DNA of 64,000 nt from Candidatus Marinacidobacterales bacterium (GCA_965226495.1 OZ245365.1:4288001-4352000); one strand, 5' to 3'; numbered from the stretch's first letter, positions 29,947-39,698 are shown. The notes: generated by a model not told the origin, from the letters alone. Numbers and translations: made by a program.

Positions 29947-32367
29947 ATGTTAGAAGCAGGAGCACGACTCGGCTCTTACGAAATTGTGGCGAGCATTGGT
30001 GCCGGCGGAATGGGAGAGGTCTATCGAGCTAAGGACCTCAAGCTCGGCCGGGATGTGGCCATCAAAATCCTGCGAGAGGATCTTGCCTTGGATCCGGAAC
30101 GCTTGAGGCGTTTCGAGCAAGAAGCCCACGCAGCTTCCTCTCTCAACCACCCGAACATCGTCACTATTCACAACATCGGCGAACATGAAGGTACTCGCTA
30201 CATCGCCATGGAGTACGTAGAGGGAAAGACGCTCCGAGAGATGCTTGGCGGAGAGCCGTTGCCGAACAAGAAGCTTCTCCAACTCTCCACGCAGATTGCG
30301 GATGGACTTGCCAAAGCGCACTCCGCGGGAATCGTTCACCGGGACCTGAAGCCAGAGAACCTGATGGTTACCAACGACGGGTTCGTCAAGATTCTAGACT
30401 TTGGAATCGCCAAGCTAACGCCTCAGCTCTACGAAGCCAGCTCTGAGGAGAGTTCTTCGTCAAGGGTTGGGGGCACACTGGCGAAGGAGGGTACGACTCC
30501 GGGTGTGGTGATGGGAACGGTTGGTTACATGTCTCCAGAACAGGCGAAGGGGCTGCCATCGGACTATCGCTCCGACCAGTTCGCTCTAGGTACCGTCCTC
30601 TACGAGATGGCGGCAGGAAAGCGGGCCTTTCGCCACGACACACAGGGAGAGACGCAGGTCGCGATCATCCGGGACGAGCCAGAAGCCCTCACCCAACTCA
30701 ACCCCAACCTTCCTGCGCCATTTCGCTGGATTGTCGAGCGGTGCCTAGCAAAGGCTCCAGAAGAGCGGTACACGTCGACCCAAGACCTTGCCCGCGAATT
30801 ACAGAACGTACGAGACCATCTCGACGAAGTTTCCTCGTCGACAGTCGTCGCTAAACCTCAACTTGGCCACCGACGGGCGGGCATACTTTCCTTAGCCGCG
30901 TTGCCCATCATTGTGCTCGCCCTGGTTGTCGGATTGAACGTCGGCGACTTACGGGAGCGGCTGTTCGGTGGAGCAACTCCAGGACGCATTGAATCCATCG
31001 CTGTTCTGCCACTGGAGAATCTCTCAGGCGACCCCGAGCAGGAGTACTTTGCCGATGGGATGACCGAAGCGCTAATTGCGGACTTGGCCAAGGTGGGCTC
31101 CATCAAGGTGATCTCACGGACCTCGGTGATGCAGTACAAAGGAGTCAAGAAGCCGCTCCCAGAAATCGCTCGAGAGTTGGGTGTGGATGCGGTTGTCGAA
31201 GGGTCGGTTATGCGTTCCGGGGATCGCGTACGGATCACCGCCCAGCTCGTCGATGCGGCGACCGACCAACATCTCTGGACCGAGAGCTACGAACGGGACC
31301 TGCGCGACGTCCTCGCCTTGCAAAGTGAGGTGGCACGGGCCATCGCGAAAGAGATCAACATCAAGCTAACCCCTCAGGAGGAGTCACTCCTGACCAGCGC
31401 TCGTCCCGTCGACCCCGAGGCCCATGAGGCCTATCTCAGGGGACGGTATTCCTGGAACAAGCACGGTGAAGAAGACCAGAAGAAAGCCGTCGACTATTTC
31501 GAGCGGGCGATCGACCAAGACCCCGACTACGCTATTGCCTACGCGGGACTGGCCGACGCCTATGCCATGCTTGGATTTTGGGGAATTACTCCTCCTGCGG
31601 AGGCGATACCGAAAGCGCGCGCCGCGGCGCAGAAAGCGCTCGAGCTGGACGAGACGCTTGCCGAAGCGCACACCCCGTTGGGACTCATCAAATTCTATTT
31701 CGACTGGGAATGGTCGGCTGCCCAGGCAGAGTTTCGGCGTGCCCTCGAGCTCAACCCGAGCTATGCGCTCGCTCATGACTGGTACGCCGTGTATCTGGCC
31801 GCGGTGGGGCGACTCGATGAAGCCCTGGCCGAAATAAAGCGCGCCAAGGAGCTCGACCCGCTGTCCCTCAGGATCAACGCAGCTCTGGCGTTTCAATTCC
31901 GGCTCTCACGCCAGTACGACCGATCCATCGAACAAGCGCAGAAGGTGCTCGAGATGGATCCAAGCTATTGGCTGGCGCAATTGACCCTCGCGACCGCTTA
32001 CCGCGCGAAGGGGCTAGATGAGGAAGTAGTTCATGAAGCGTATAGAAAACAGTACGTCCTAGCCGGAGATAGTGAGCGCGTGGAGGCCATGGATCGCGGC
32101 TACGCCGAGTCGGGCCCTCGAGGCGCCGTGTGCGAAGCAGCCGAAGTGTTGGCAGCACGATCCAAACTCAGGTACGTTTCCTCTACCGACATCGCCTTGA
32201 GCTATGTTCACTGCGAGAGGAGCGACGAAGCCTTTTATTGGCTTGAAAAAGCATACGCGGAGCGTGATCCCTTCTTAACCCTTCTTGCCGTTGACCCCGA
32301 TTGGGATCCCATTCGCTCCGATCCCCGTTTCCAAAAGTTGGTGCGGTTGATGAACTTCCCCGAGTAA
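29947..32367 (+). CDS. Ser/Thr protein kinase with TM, TolB_N-like and TPR domains (paralogue 1)
   Basis: GAGGMGEVY, VAIK, HRDLKPEN, DFG, YMSPE; SIAVLPLENLSGDPEQEYFADGMTE; TPR repeats. Confidence 0.95.
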   Translation: MLEAGARLGSYEIVASIGAGGMGEVYRAKDLKLGRDVAIKILREDLALDPERLRRFEQEAHAASSLNHPNIVTIHNIGEHEGTRYIAMEYVEGKTLREMLGGEPLPNKKLLQLSTQIADGLAKAHSAGIVHRDLKPENLMVTNDGFVKILDFGIAKLTPQLYEASSEESSSSRVGGTLAKEGTTPGVVMGTVGYMSPEQAKGLPSDYRSDQFALGTVLYEMAAGKRAFRHDTQGETQVAIIRDEPEALTQLNPNLPAPFRWIVERCLAKAPEERYTSTQDLARELQNVRDHLDEVSSSTVVAKPQLGHRRAGILSLAALPIIVLALVVGLNVGDLRERLFGGATPGRIESIAVLPLENLSGDPEQEYFADGMTEALIADLAKVGSIKVISRTSVMQYKGVKKPLPEIARELGVDAVVEGSVMRSGDRVRITAQLVDAATDQHLWTESYERDLRDVLALQSEVARAIAKEINIKLTPQEESLLTSARPVDPEAHEAYLRGRYSWNKHGEEDQKKAVDYFERAIDQDPDYAIAYAGLADAYAMLGFWGITPPAEAIPKARAAAQKALELDETLAEAHTPLGLIKFYFDWEWSAAQAEFRRALELNPSYALAHDWYAVYLAAVGRLDEALAEIKRAKELDPLSLRINAALAFQFRLSRQYDRSIEQAQKVLEMDPSYWLAQLTLATAYRAKGLDEEVVHEAYRKQYVLAGDSERVEAMDRGYAESGPRGAVCEAAEVLAARSKLRYVSSTDIALSYVHCERSDEAFYWLEKAYAERDPFLTLLAVDPDWDPIRSDPRFQKLVRLMNFPE

Positions 32368-32371
32368 ACCA

Positions 32372-32410
32372 CTGGCCCTTTTGACTTTTCAGTCTGTGCA
32401 GAGGTAATTT
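32372..32410 (+). promoter_or_regulatory. Kinase-associated promoter module, copy 2
   Basis: ctggcccttTTGACTtttcagtctgtgcagaggTAATTT. Confidence 0.6.
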
Positions 32411-32429
32411 AACGTTCTAAGGGCTAGCT

Positions 32430-34904
32430 ATGTCACTCGACCCCGGCACTAAGCTGGGTCCCTATGAAATCCAGGCACCCATCGGCGCGGGCGGCATGGG
32501 CGAAGTCTACAAAGCGAAGGACCTCAAGCTCGGCCGGGACGTAGCCATCAAAATCCTGCGCGGGGATCTTGCCGGGGATCCCGAACGCTTGAGGCGCTTC
32601 GAGCAAGAGGCCCGCGCGGCTTCATCTCTCAACCACCCGAACATCGTCACCATTCACGACATCCGCCTTCGCAAGGCTTCCGCCTCCGCGCAGCTTCGGC
32701 GGGACAAGTCGGCGGGACAAGTCGGCGAAGAAGGCGATATCGACTACATCGTCATGGAGTACGTCGAGGGCACGACACTCCGAGACATGCTTGGCGGAGA
32801 GCCGTTGCCGAACAAGAAGCTTCTCCAACTCTCCACGCAGATTGCGGATGGACTTGCCAAAGCGCACTCCGCGGGAATCGTTCACCGGGACCTGAAGCCA
32901 GAGAACCTGATGGTTACCAACGACGGGTTCGTCAAGATTCTAGACTTTGGAATCGCCAAGCTAACGCCTCAGCTCTACGAAGCCAGCTCTGAGGAGAGTT
33001 CTTCGTCAAGGGTTGGGGGCACACTGGCGAAGGAGGGCACGACTCCGGGTGTGGTGATGGGAACGGTTGGTTACATGTCTCCAGAACAGGCGAAGGGGCT
33101 GCCATCGGACTATCGCTCCGACCAGTTCGCTCTAGGTACCGTCCTCTACGAGATGGCGGCAGGAAAGCGGGCCTTTCGCCACGACACACAGGGAGAGACG
33201 CAGGTCGCGATCATCCGGGACGAGCCAGAAGCCCTCACCCAACTCAACCCCAACCTTCCTGCGCCATTTCGCTGGATTGTCGAGCGGTGCCTAGCAAAGG
33301 CTCCAGAAGAGCGGTACACGTCGACCCAAGACCTTGCCCGCGAATTACAGAACGTACGAGACCATCTCGGCGAAGTTTCCTCGTCGACAGCCATCGCTAA
33401 ACCTCAACTTGGCCACCGACGGGCGGGCATACTTTCCTTAGCCGCGTTGCCCATCATTGTGCTCGCCCTGGTTGTCGGATTGAACGTCGGCGGCTTGCGG
33501 GAGCGGCTGTTCGGTGGAGCAACTCCAGGACGCATTGAATCCATCGCTGTTCTGCCACTGGAGAATCTCTCAGGCGACCCCGAGCAGGAGTACTTTGCCG
33601 ATGGGATGACCGAAGCGCTAATTGCGGACTTGGCCAAGGTGGGCTCCATCAAGGTGATCTCACGGACCTCGGTGATGCAGTACAAAGGAGTCAAGAAGCC
33701 GCTCCCAGAAATCGCTCGAGAGTTGGGTGTGGATGCGGTTGTCGAAGGGTCGGTCATGCGTTCCGGGGATCGCGTACGGATCACCGCCCAGCTCATCGAT
33801 GCGGCGACCGACCAACATCTCTGGACCGAGAGCTACGAACGGGACCTGCGCGACATCCTCGCCTTGCAAAGTGAGGTGGCACGGGCCATCGCGAAAGAGA
33901 TCAAAATCACGCTGACGCCTCAGGAGGAGGCACTCCTGGCCAGCGCTCGCCCCGTCGACCCCGAGGCCCATGAGGCCTATCTCAGGGGACGGTATTCCTG
34001 GAACAAAGAAGATGTGAAGACAGCCGTCGACTATTTCGAGCGGGCGATCGACCAAGACCCCGACTACGCTATTGCCTACGCGGGACTGGCCGACGCCTAT
34101 GCCATACTTGGGCTTTGGGGAATTACTCCCCCTGCGGAGGCGATACCGAAAGCGCGCGCCGCGGTGCAGAAAGCGCTGGAGCTGGACGATACGCTCGCCG
34201 AAGCGCACACCCCGTTGGGACTCATCAAATTCTATTTCGACTGGGAATGGTCGGCTGCCCAGGCAGAGTTCCGGCGGGCCCTCGAGCTCAACCCGAGCTA
34301 TGCCCTCGCTCATGACTTTTACGCCGTGTATCTGGCTGCGGTGGGGCGACTCGATGAAGCCCTGGCCGAAATAAAGCGCGCGAAGGAGCTCGACCCGCTA
34401 TCCCTTAGGATGGACGTGGCTCTGGCGTTTCAATTCCGGCTCTCACGCCAGTACGACCGATCCATCGAAGAAGCGCAGAAGGTGCTCGAGATGGATCCGA
34501 GCTATTGGCTGGCGCAATTGAACCTCGCGACCACTTACCGCGCGAAGGGGCTAGACGAGGAAATAGTTCTTGAAGCGTATAGAAAACAGCACGTGCTAGC
34601 CGGAGACAGCGAGCGTGTGGAGGCCGTGGATCGCGGCTACGCCGAGTCGGGCCCTCGAGGAGCCTACCTCGAAGTGGCTGAAATGTTGGTAGCACGATCC
34701 AAGCTCAGGTACGTTTCCTCTATCGACACCGCCTTAGCCTATGTTTACTGCGAGAGGAAGGACGAAGCCTTTTTTTGGCTGGAAAAAGCATACGCGGAGG
34801 GGAATCCCTTCTTAGCCCTTCTTGCCGTAGAGACCGATTGGGATCCCATTCGTTCCGACCCCCGCTTTCAAGATTTGGTGCGGCGCATGAACTTCCCCGA
34901 CTAG
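32430..34904 (+). CDS. Ser/Thr protein kinase with TM, TolB_N-like and TPR domains (paralogue 2; 20-aa insert)
   Basis: Same motifs as paralogue 1, nearly identical in the middle; extra residues RLRKASASAQLRRDKSAGQV after HDI. Confidence 0.95.
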   Translation: MSLDPGTKLGPYEIQAPIGAGGMGEVYKAKDLKLGRDVAIKILRGDLAGDPERLRRFEQEARAASSLNHPNIVTIHDIRLRKASASAQLRRDKSAGQVGEEGDIDYIVMEYVEGTTLRDMLGGEPLPNKKLLQLSTQIADGLAKAHSAGIVHRDLKPENLMVTNDGFVKILDFGIAKLTPQLYEASSEESSSSRVGGTLAKEGTTPGVVMGTVGYMSPEQAKGLPSDYRSDQFALGTVLYEMAAGKRAFRHDTQGETQVAIIRDEPEALTQLNPNLPAPFRWIVERCLAKAPEERYTSTQDLARELQNVRDHLGEVSSSTAIAKPQLGHRRAGILSLAALPIIVLALVVGLNVGGLRERLFGGATPGRIESIAVLPLENLSGDPEQEYFADGMTEALIADLAKVGSIKVISRTSVMQYKGVKKPLPEIARELGVDAVVEGSVMRSGDRVRITAQLIDAATDQHLWTESYERDLRDILALQSEVARAIAKEIKITLTPQEEALLASARPVDPEAHEAYLRGRYSWNKEDVKTAVDYFERAIDQDPDYAIAYAGLADAYAILGLWGITPPAEAIPKARAAVQKALELDDTLAEAHTPLGLIKFYFDWEWSAAQAEFRRALELNPSYALAHDFYAVYLAAVGRLDEALAEIKRAKELDPLSLRMDVALAFQFRLSRQYDRSIEEAQKVLEMDPSYWLAQLNLATTYRAKGLDEEIVLEAYRKQHVLAGDSERVEAVDRGYAESGPRGAYLEVAEMLVARSKLRYVSSIDTALAYVYCERKDEAFFWLEKAYAEGNPFLALLAVETDWDPIRSDPRFQDLVRRMNFPD
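32663..32722 (+). mobile_element. Two nested 30-bp palindromic mini-elements inserted in frame
   Basis: Outer copy ccgccttcgcaaggctt|cggcgggacaagt is interrupted by inner copy ccgcctccgcgcagcttcggcgggacaagt (32680-32709); absent from paralogue 1. Confidence 0.8.
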
Positions 34905-35929
34905 CGACGGGGCGCCTTCAGGCTGAACAGTTCGGAAGCCTCTTCAAAACCCTTGGCGTGGCGTTTTCCCACTCGCTTGAACTTAAAGCGTTTTTCAGCC
35001 TTCTCTCGTGTGTCGGAGCAGGCGAGGATAGGACCGGTCTTGTCCGACACAAATTTCTCTATCCGGAAGGCAAGGACCACAGGCTCCCCCACCATGGACA
35101 GGCCCTTCCGGCGTTCACCCCCGAAACTGTCGATCATCACCGGCCCTGTCGCCAGGGCCCAGTCTATTTTCAGAGGGAAATTCTCGATGGACCAGATGCT
35201 GTCGTCATCGGCGATCTCGAGGGCGATTTCGTGAAGGGCTAGGGCCGCATGGCACGCCCGTTCGGCGTGATTCGTCTCCGCGCGCTCATCCTCTTCCCAA
35301 AAGGCGAATATGGCATCACCTTGATATTCCTTCACGGTTCCGCCAAGATCATTCACCGTCTGCTCCAGCCGTGCAAAAACCCGTTCGACGCACTTCTGCA
35401 GTTCCTCCGGAGGAACCTTTTGCACCAGCATCGTGTAATCGCGGATATCGCCCACTAGCGTGGTCACGTAGCTGACCTTGGAGGTACCAACGGTCGCGTT
35501 TGATTCGAAGGCCTGGTCTATCTGGGGGATTTCCTCGGCCAGAAGGACAAGCTCCAGCTCGTCGCTCACCTGGATCGTTTGTCCCACCTTCAGTTGGAAT
35601 TCCAGGTTGGGTACGAGGCGGCGCCCATCAACTCGCGTCCCATTTCGGCTGACGTCGCGGACCACGAAGCTACCGTCTTGATTGCGGGTCACGGAACAAT
35701 GACGTGAGGAAACCGTCGCGTCGTCCACAAGGAGCACACCCGGCGCGAGCACCTGGCCAGACTTGTAACGGCCCACGTCGATTCGTTCGTAGAAGCGAAA
35801 GCGTTGCTCCTGGTCGGTGCCCAGATTGCGCACCAGGTCCGCAGGCGCCGGCCCGATTGTAGCCGGCGGCTCGTAATACACCGGGGCGAGCGAGACCCTT
35901 CCCTCCTCGGGCTGGTCGGATTGGGTCAT
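34901..35929 (-). CDS. FHA domain plus class III adenylate/guanylate cyclase
   Basis: FHA motifs GR, VSSRH, SRNGT; cyclase motifs GDIRDYT, KEYQGDAIFAFW, VGEPVVLAFRIEK; start uncertain (up to 36028). Confidence 0.85.
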   Translation of the reverse strand: MTQSDQPEEGRVSLAPVYYEPPATIGPAPADLVRNLGTDQEQRFRFYERIDVGRYKSGQVLAPGVLLVDDATVSSRHCSVTRNQDGSFVVRDVSRNGTRVDGRRLVPNLEFQLKVGQTIQVSDELELVLLAEEIPQIDQAFESNATVGTSKVSYVTTLVGDIRDYTMLVQKVPPEELQKCVERVFARLEQTVNDLGGTVKEYQGDAIFAFWEEDERAETNHAERACHAALALHEIALEIADDDSIWSIENFPLKIDWALATGPVMIDSFGGERRKGLSMVGEPVVLAFRIEKFVSDKTGPILACSDTREKAEKRFKFKRVGKRHAKGFEEASELFSLKAPRR

Positions 35930-36096
35930 GCCGGAGACGGCTCCATGGCCTCGCGGTTCCGGGAACGGATCTCGTTGATACTGGGCATCGTGGGCGGTGG
36001 CGGTATCGGAAGAGGGGTTCGCTGTCAATCCAGCACTAGCTAAAGGGAATCGGGTGCCGCCTCACCCTGGGAAGGATAGCACATTCTGGAAAGGCC

Positions 36097-36925
36097 TCAC
36101 GGCAGGAAACGTCCCACTTCCGAGTCGAAAATTTCCTCCGCAGGCACGGTTACATTGTAACGTTCGCGAGCGACCTCCAAGATGGAGCCTGCAAACTGCG
36201 GGTGATCTTTCAGGGCGTTCATCAAATCCGCTTTGTCTAGAACGAACAGATCGCAATCGCTCACCGCGCGGACCGATGCGGTGCGTTCTTGAGAAAAAAG
36301 CAGACCGACCTCCCCAAAGAAATCTCCATCGGTCAACTCGCTAATCGCCCTGCCGCTAGAGTCCAACACCTCCGCCCGTCCCCGACTGATGAAGTACATT
36401 TCGTGACCGACCTCGCCCTTTTCGATGACGTACTCACCCGGGCCGTAGGCGACGGGCTTGAGCATCAGGGACAGGGAATTCAGGAAGACGGTGCTACAAG
36501 ATTGAAACAGCGGCACCCCCTGCAGAACATCCCGGTTGATGACCTCCACCCAGCGCCGCCCGTCGTCTTCGATGAGGTCGAAGGCTTCTCGTGGTCCCCA
36601 CGATCCCGCGGGATAGTTGGGAAAGTCTTTCGCTCTTTCCGAGGCCCAGGAATCGAGAATCGGTTGAGCGATTTCCCAAGCCGTCTCGACCAAATCGGTC
36701 CGTGAAAAAAGCGTCGCGTCGCCGATCATGGTGTTGTACAACAGCGTCTCGTAACCCGTGCCCCTCGACGCTTCGAAGGCCTCCCCGTAGTTGAAACGCA
36801 TGTTGACCTTCTGGAGATGCATCGACGGGCCGGGCGTCTTGGCCTGGAAACGAAGCTCGATTCCCTGATCCGGCTGGATATGAAAAATGAGCTGGTTGGC
36901 GTCGAGGTGAGCCACCGGCGTGTCG
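36097..36925 (-). pseudogene. zwf: 3' part of glucose-6-phosphate dehydrogenase fused to a cNMP-binding domain (5' truncated)
   Basis: NQLIFHIQPDQGI..KTPG, YETLL..GDATLF, YPAGSWGP; then GEVGHEMYFISRG, FFGEVGLL..RTASVRA. Confidence 0.85.
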
Positions 36926-37249
36926 GATAAAGCGGACCCGCGCCTCAACCGACTCCAAACGAAAGCGATGGTGGGAGAGCCAATCTGGGCCGCGAGCAAG
37001 GGCGATCAGGGTGCGATCCATCGACTCATCGTGCGGGGCTTCGATCAGGATGCCGGCGACTACGATAAACGTACCCCGCTTCACTTGGCCGCCGCGGAGG
37101 GCCACGAGCACATCGTCCAGTACTTCATCGACCAAGGCGTCGAGCTCTCTCCGCGCGACCGCTGGGCTGGCACGCCCCTTTGCGACGCCCGCCGCCATGG
37201 GCACGGCCGCGTGGTCCAGCTGTTAGAGAGCCACGGCGCGGTCGAGTAG
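36914..37249 (+). pseudogene. Ankyrin-repeat C-terminal fragment (glutaminase-like), 5' truncated
   Basis: AASKGD, DYDKRTPLHLAAAEGH, DRWAGTPL; resembles the ankyrin tail of ankyrin-containing glutaminases; no convincing RBS or start. Confidence 0.6.
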
Positions 37250-37299
37250 GTCCACTGCGCGGGTTGCATTCCCGACCACGCGCGAGTAATAACCTGGCC

Positions 37300-38406
37300 G
37301 TGCTCCAGTCCGCCTTCTTCCGGAAGTACCTTCTCCCCGGTTTCGTACTTCAATCCATGGTCATCGCCGGTGGTTACGGGACCGGTCGCGAGTTGGTCGA
37401 GTTCTTCTTGAAATTTGGCGCCATCGGCGGGCTCCTTGGCATGTGGCTGGTCTCGGTCGTCATCTGGTGCGCCGTGTGTGCCGTCACGTTCGAGCTGGCG
37501 CGACTAAGCAAGTCATACGACTATCGAACCTTCGCCCGACAGCTCCTCGGTCGTTTCTGGTGGTCCTACGAAGTTTGTTACTTGATCATGATGTTGATCA
37601 TTCTCTCCGTTATTGCGGCCGCGGCCGGGAGCATTGTCCAACAATTGTTCTCCGCTCCCTACTTCGTGGGCGTGGTTCTCATCATGGGGGCGGTGGGCTT
37701 TCTGGTGCTCAAGGGCACATCGCTGGTCGAGCGCGTACTTTCCTTCTGGTCGTTAGTCCTCTACGCCGTCTACATCGTGTTTCTCATCGCGTGCGTTTCC
37801 AAGTTCGGCGACGACATCGCATCCGGCCTCAAGCAAGGGGAGATCAAACCGGGCTGGTTAGGCGGCGGGCTGAAGTATGCCGCCTACAATCTTGGCATGC
37901 TTCCAGTAGTTCTCTTTGCGGTGAGGCACATCGAGCGGCGAAAAGAGGCCTTCATCGCAGGTGTCTTGGCGGGGCCGATCACAATGCTACCTGGGTTCTT
38001 CTTTTATCTCACCATGGTCGGACGCTATCCCGCCGTCGTGTCGGAGACTGTTCCCTCCGTCTTTCTCTTGGAAGAGCTCGGCTCGCGCCTGTTTCTTTTC
38101 GTCTTCCAGATCATGCTCTTGGGTACTCTTGTGGAAACCGGGACCGGTATGATCCACGCCTTCAACGAGCGACTCGCCACAGCCCTCGAGGAGAAAGGCC
38201 GGAAACTGTCGCCCGTATTCCGGCCCGCGGTCGCCGTTTTCCTTCTCTTGTTGGCCAGCGTCGTAGCCCAGGTAGGGCTCGAGAACTTGGTCGCCAAAGG
38301 ATACGGCACGGCGACCTACGGCTTCTGGATCGTGTTCCTTATTCCAGTCTTGACGATCGGGGTCTACAAGATCGCCACCATCAAGGAACCCGTACCCGCG
38401 AAGTAA
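37300..38406 (+). CDS. YkvI-like membrane protein
   Basis: LLPGFVLQSMVIAGGYGTGRELVEFF, about 10 TM segments, LVAKGYG. Confidence 0.8.
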   Translation: MLQSAFFRKYLLPGFVLQSMVIAGGYGTGRELVEFFLKFGAIGGLLGMWLVSVVIWCAVCAVTFELARLSKSYDYRTFARQLLGRFWWSYEVCYLIMMLIILSVIAAAAGSIVQQLFSAPYFVGVVLIMGAVGFLVLKGTSLVERVLSFWSLVLYAVYIVFLIACVSKFGDDIASGLKQGEIKPGWLGGGLKYAAYNLGMLPVVLFAVRHIERRKEAFIAGVLAGPITMLPGFFFYLTMVGRYPAVVSETVPSVFLLEELGSRLFLFVFQIMLLGTLVETGTGMIHAFNERLATALEEKGRKLSPVFRPAVAVFLLLLASVVAQVGLENLVAKGYGTATYGFWIVFLIPVLTIGVYKIATIKEPVPAK

Positions 38407-38482
38407 CTGTCTCCGCATACGTCCCATCGCTTTGCGCTATGATGGATCTACGCAAAGCCAATCGAACCGACTGAAGTCTCCC

Positions 38483-39234
38483 ATGAGCATGCTGCGGCGT
38501 TTTCTACTCTTGGCCCTAGGGGTCTTTCCGATTTGGGCCATGGGTTGTAGTTCTTCCACCTCACCGTCCCCCGCCAACGATCTGGACGCGGCGAGCCACG
38601 TCACCGCGGAGACGGCCGAGCCCCGGGCGGAGTACACCGTCACGTTCGATGCGGCCTGGAGCGCGGCCACGCATCCAGAAGATTTCCCCGGCAACCCCCA
38701 CTTTTCGGGATTGATCGGCGCAACCCATAACAACCAGGTCCGTTTTTGGAATGCCGGGAGAAGAGCGTCGGACGGCATCAAGGCTATGGCGGAGCGGGAC
38801 AGCAACCGCGGAGACCCCTCTCAATGAAGAGATCCGCGCCGCCCAAGCCGATGGTACGGCCGACAAGCTATTGTCGGGCGACGGCATCGCGCGATCGCCG
38901 GCAAGCGTGTCTCTCGATTTCGTGATCCGGCGCGACCACCCGCTGGTCACTCTCGTCTCGATGGTGGCACCCAGTCCCGATTGGTTTCGCGATGGTGGCA
39001 CCCAGTCCCGATTGGTTTGCGGGCGTTTTAAGCCTTCTCGAAGGAGATCAGTGGGTCGACGAGCTCACGGTGGTGCTCTTCGCCTACGATGCCGGCACCG
39101 ATAGCGGAACGACCTACGCGTCGGCCGATCAAGCGACTTCGCCCCGCGAGCCGATCCAGCGACTAGAAGGACGCCCCCTTGCGGTAGGTGGCCAAGTCGC
39201 ACCCGTCGGCACGTTCACCTTCACCCGACACTGA
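38483..39234 (+). pseudogene. Spondin_N-domain lipoprotein, broken by two frameshifts
   Basis: Lipobox AMGC; PHFSGLIGATH, MVAPSPDWF, YDAGTDSG; shift near 38800 and a repeat with 31-bp period (ATGs at 38961 and 38992). Confidence 0.8.
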
Positions 39235-39236
39235 GC

Positions 39237-39682
39237 CTATACCGGCCAGCCGCGCCAGGTTCGGGCCACGCGACCCTCGGAGTCTAGCTCGCTGCCACAG
39301 ATGTAAGTCTTGATGTTGTAGATCTTGCCCTCGCGGATTTTGTCGACGACGGCGAAGTAAAACTGGACGCGACTCCCCGCCGGGCCGCCGTCCTTTGGGC
39401 TCTCGCTTCGGGTGCCGAGACCCTCTGCTTCGAGCACGACTTGGCTATCCTTCGCGAATACGTTCGTAATCTCCCACTTCAGATCGGGAAAGGTGTCGAA
39501 GTACATCTGCATTTCGTCTCGGATCTGATCCTTCCCGCTGCGGGGCTCCTCGCCAGATCGAGATCGACGATGTCACTGGATAGCGTCGAGACCGCCTTGT
39601 CGATATCGTGCTCGGACATCCCTTCTATGTTGGTCCGCACGAGCTCCATGTTTGCCAATTCCTCTTCGGTGAACGCGCTCAT
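39237..39682 (-). pseudogene. SnoaL/NTF2-like protein, frameshifted near 39553
   Basis: MSAFTEEELANMELVR...HDIDKAV and FDTFPDLKWEITNVFA...GKI lie in different frames; one extra base restores GEEPRSGKDQIRDEMQ. Confidence 0.7.
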
Positions 39683-39698
39683 ATCGCCTCTCCTTGCG

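Noticed and set aside
31350-34904. Kinase paralogue TPR regions as a DGR template/variable repeat pair
   Set aside because: The differences inspected are not adenine-specific (G/A, A/G, T/C, plus an indel), both copies are full genes, and no reverse transcriptase gene is in the window.
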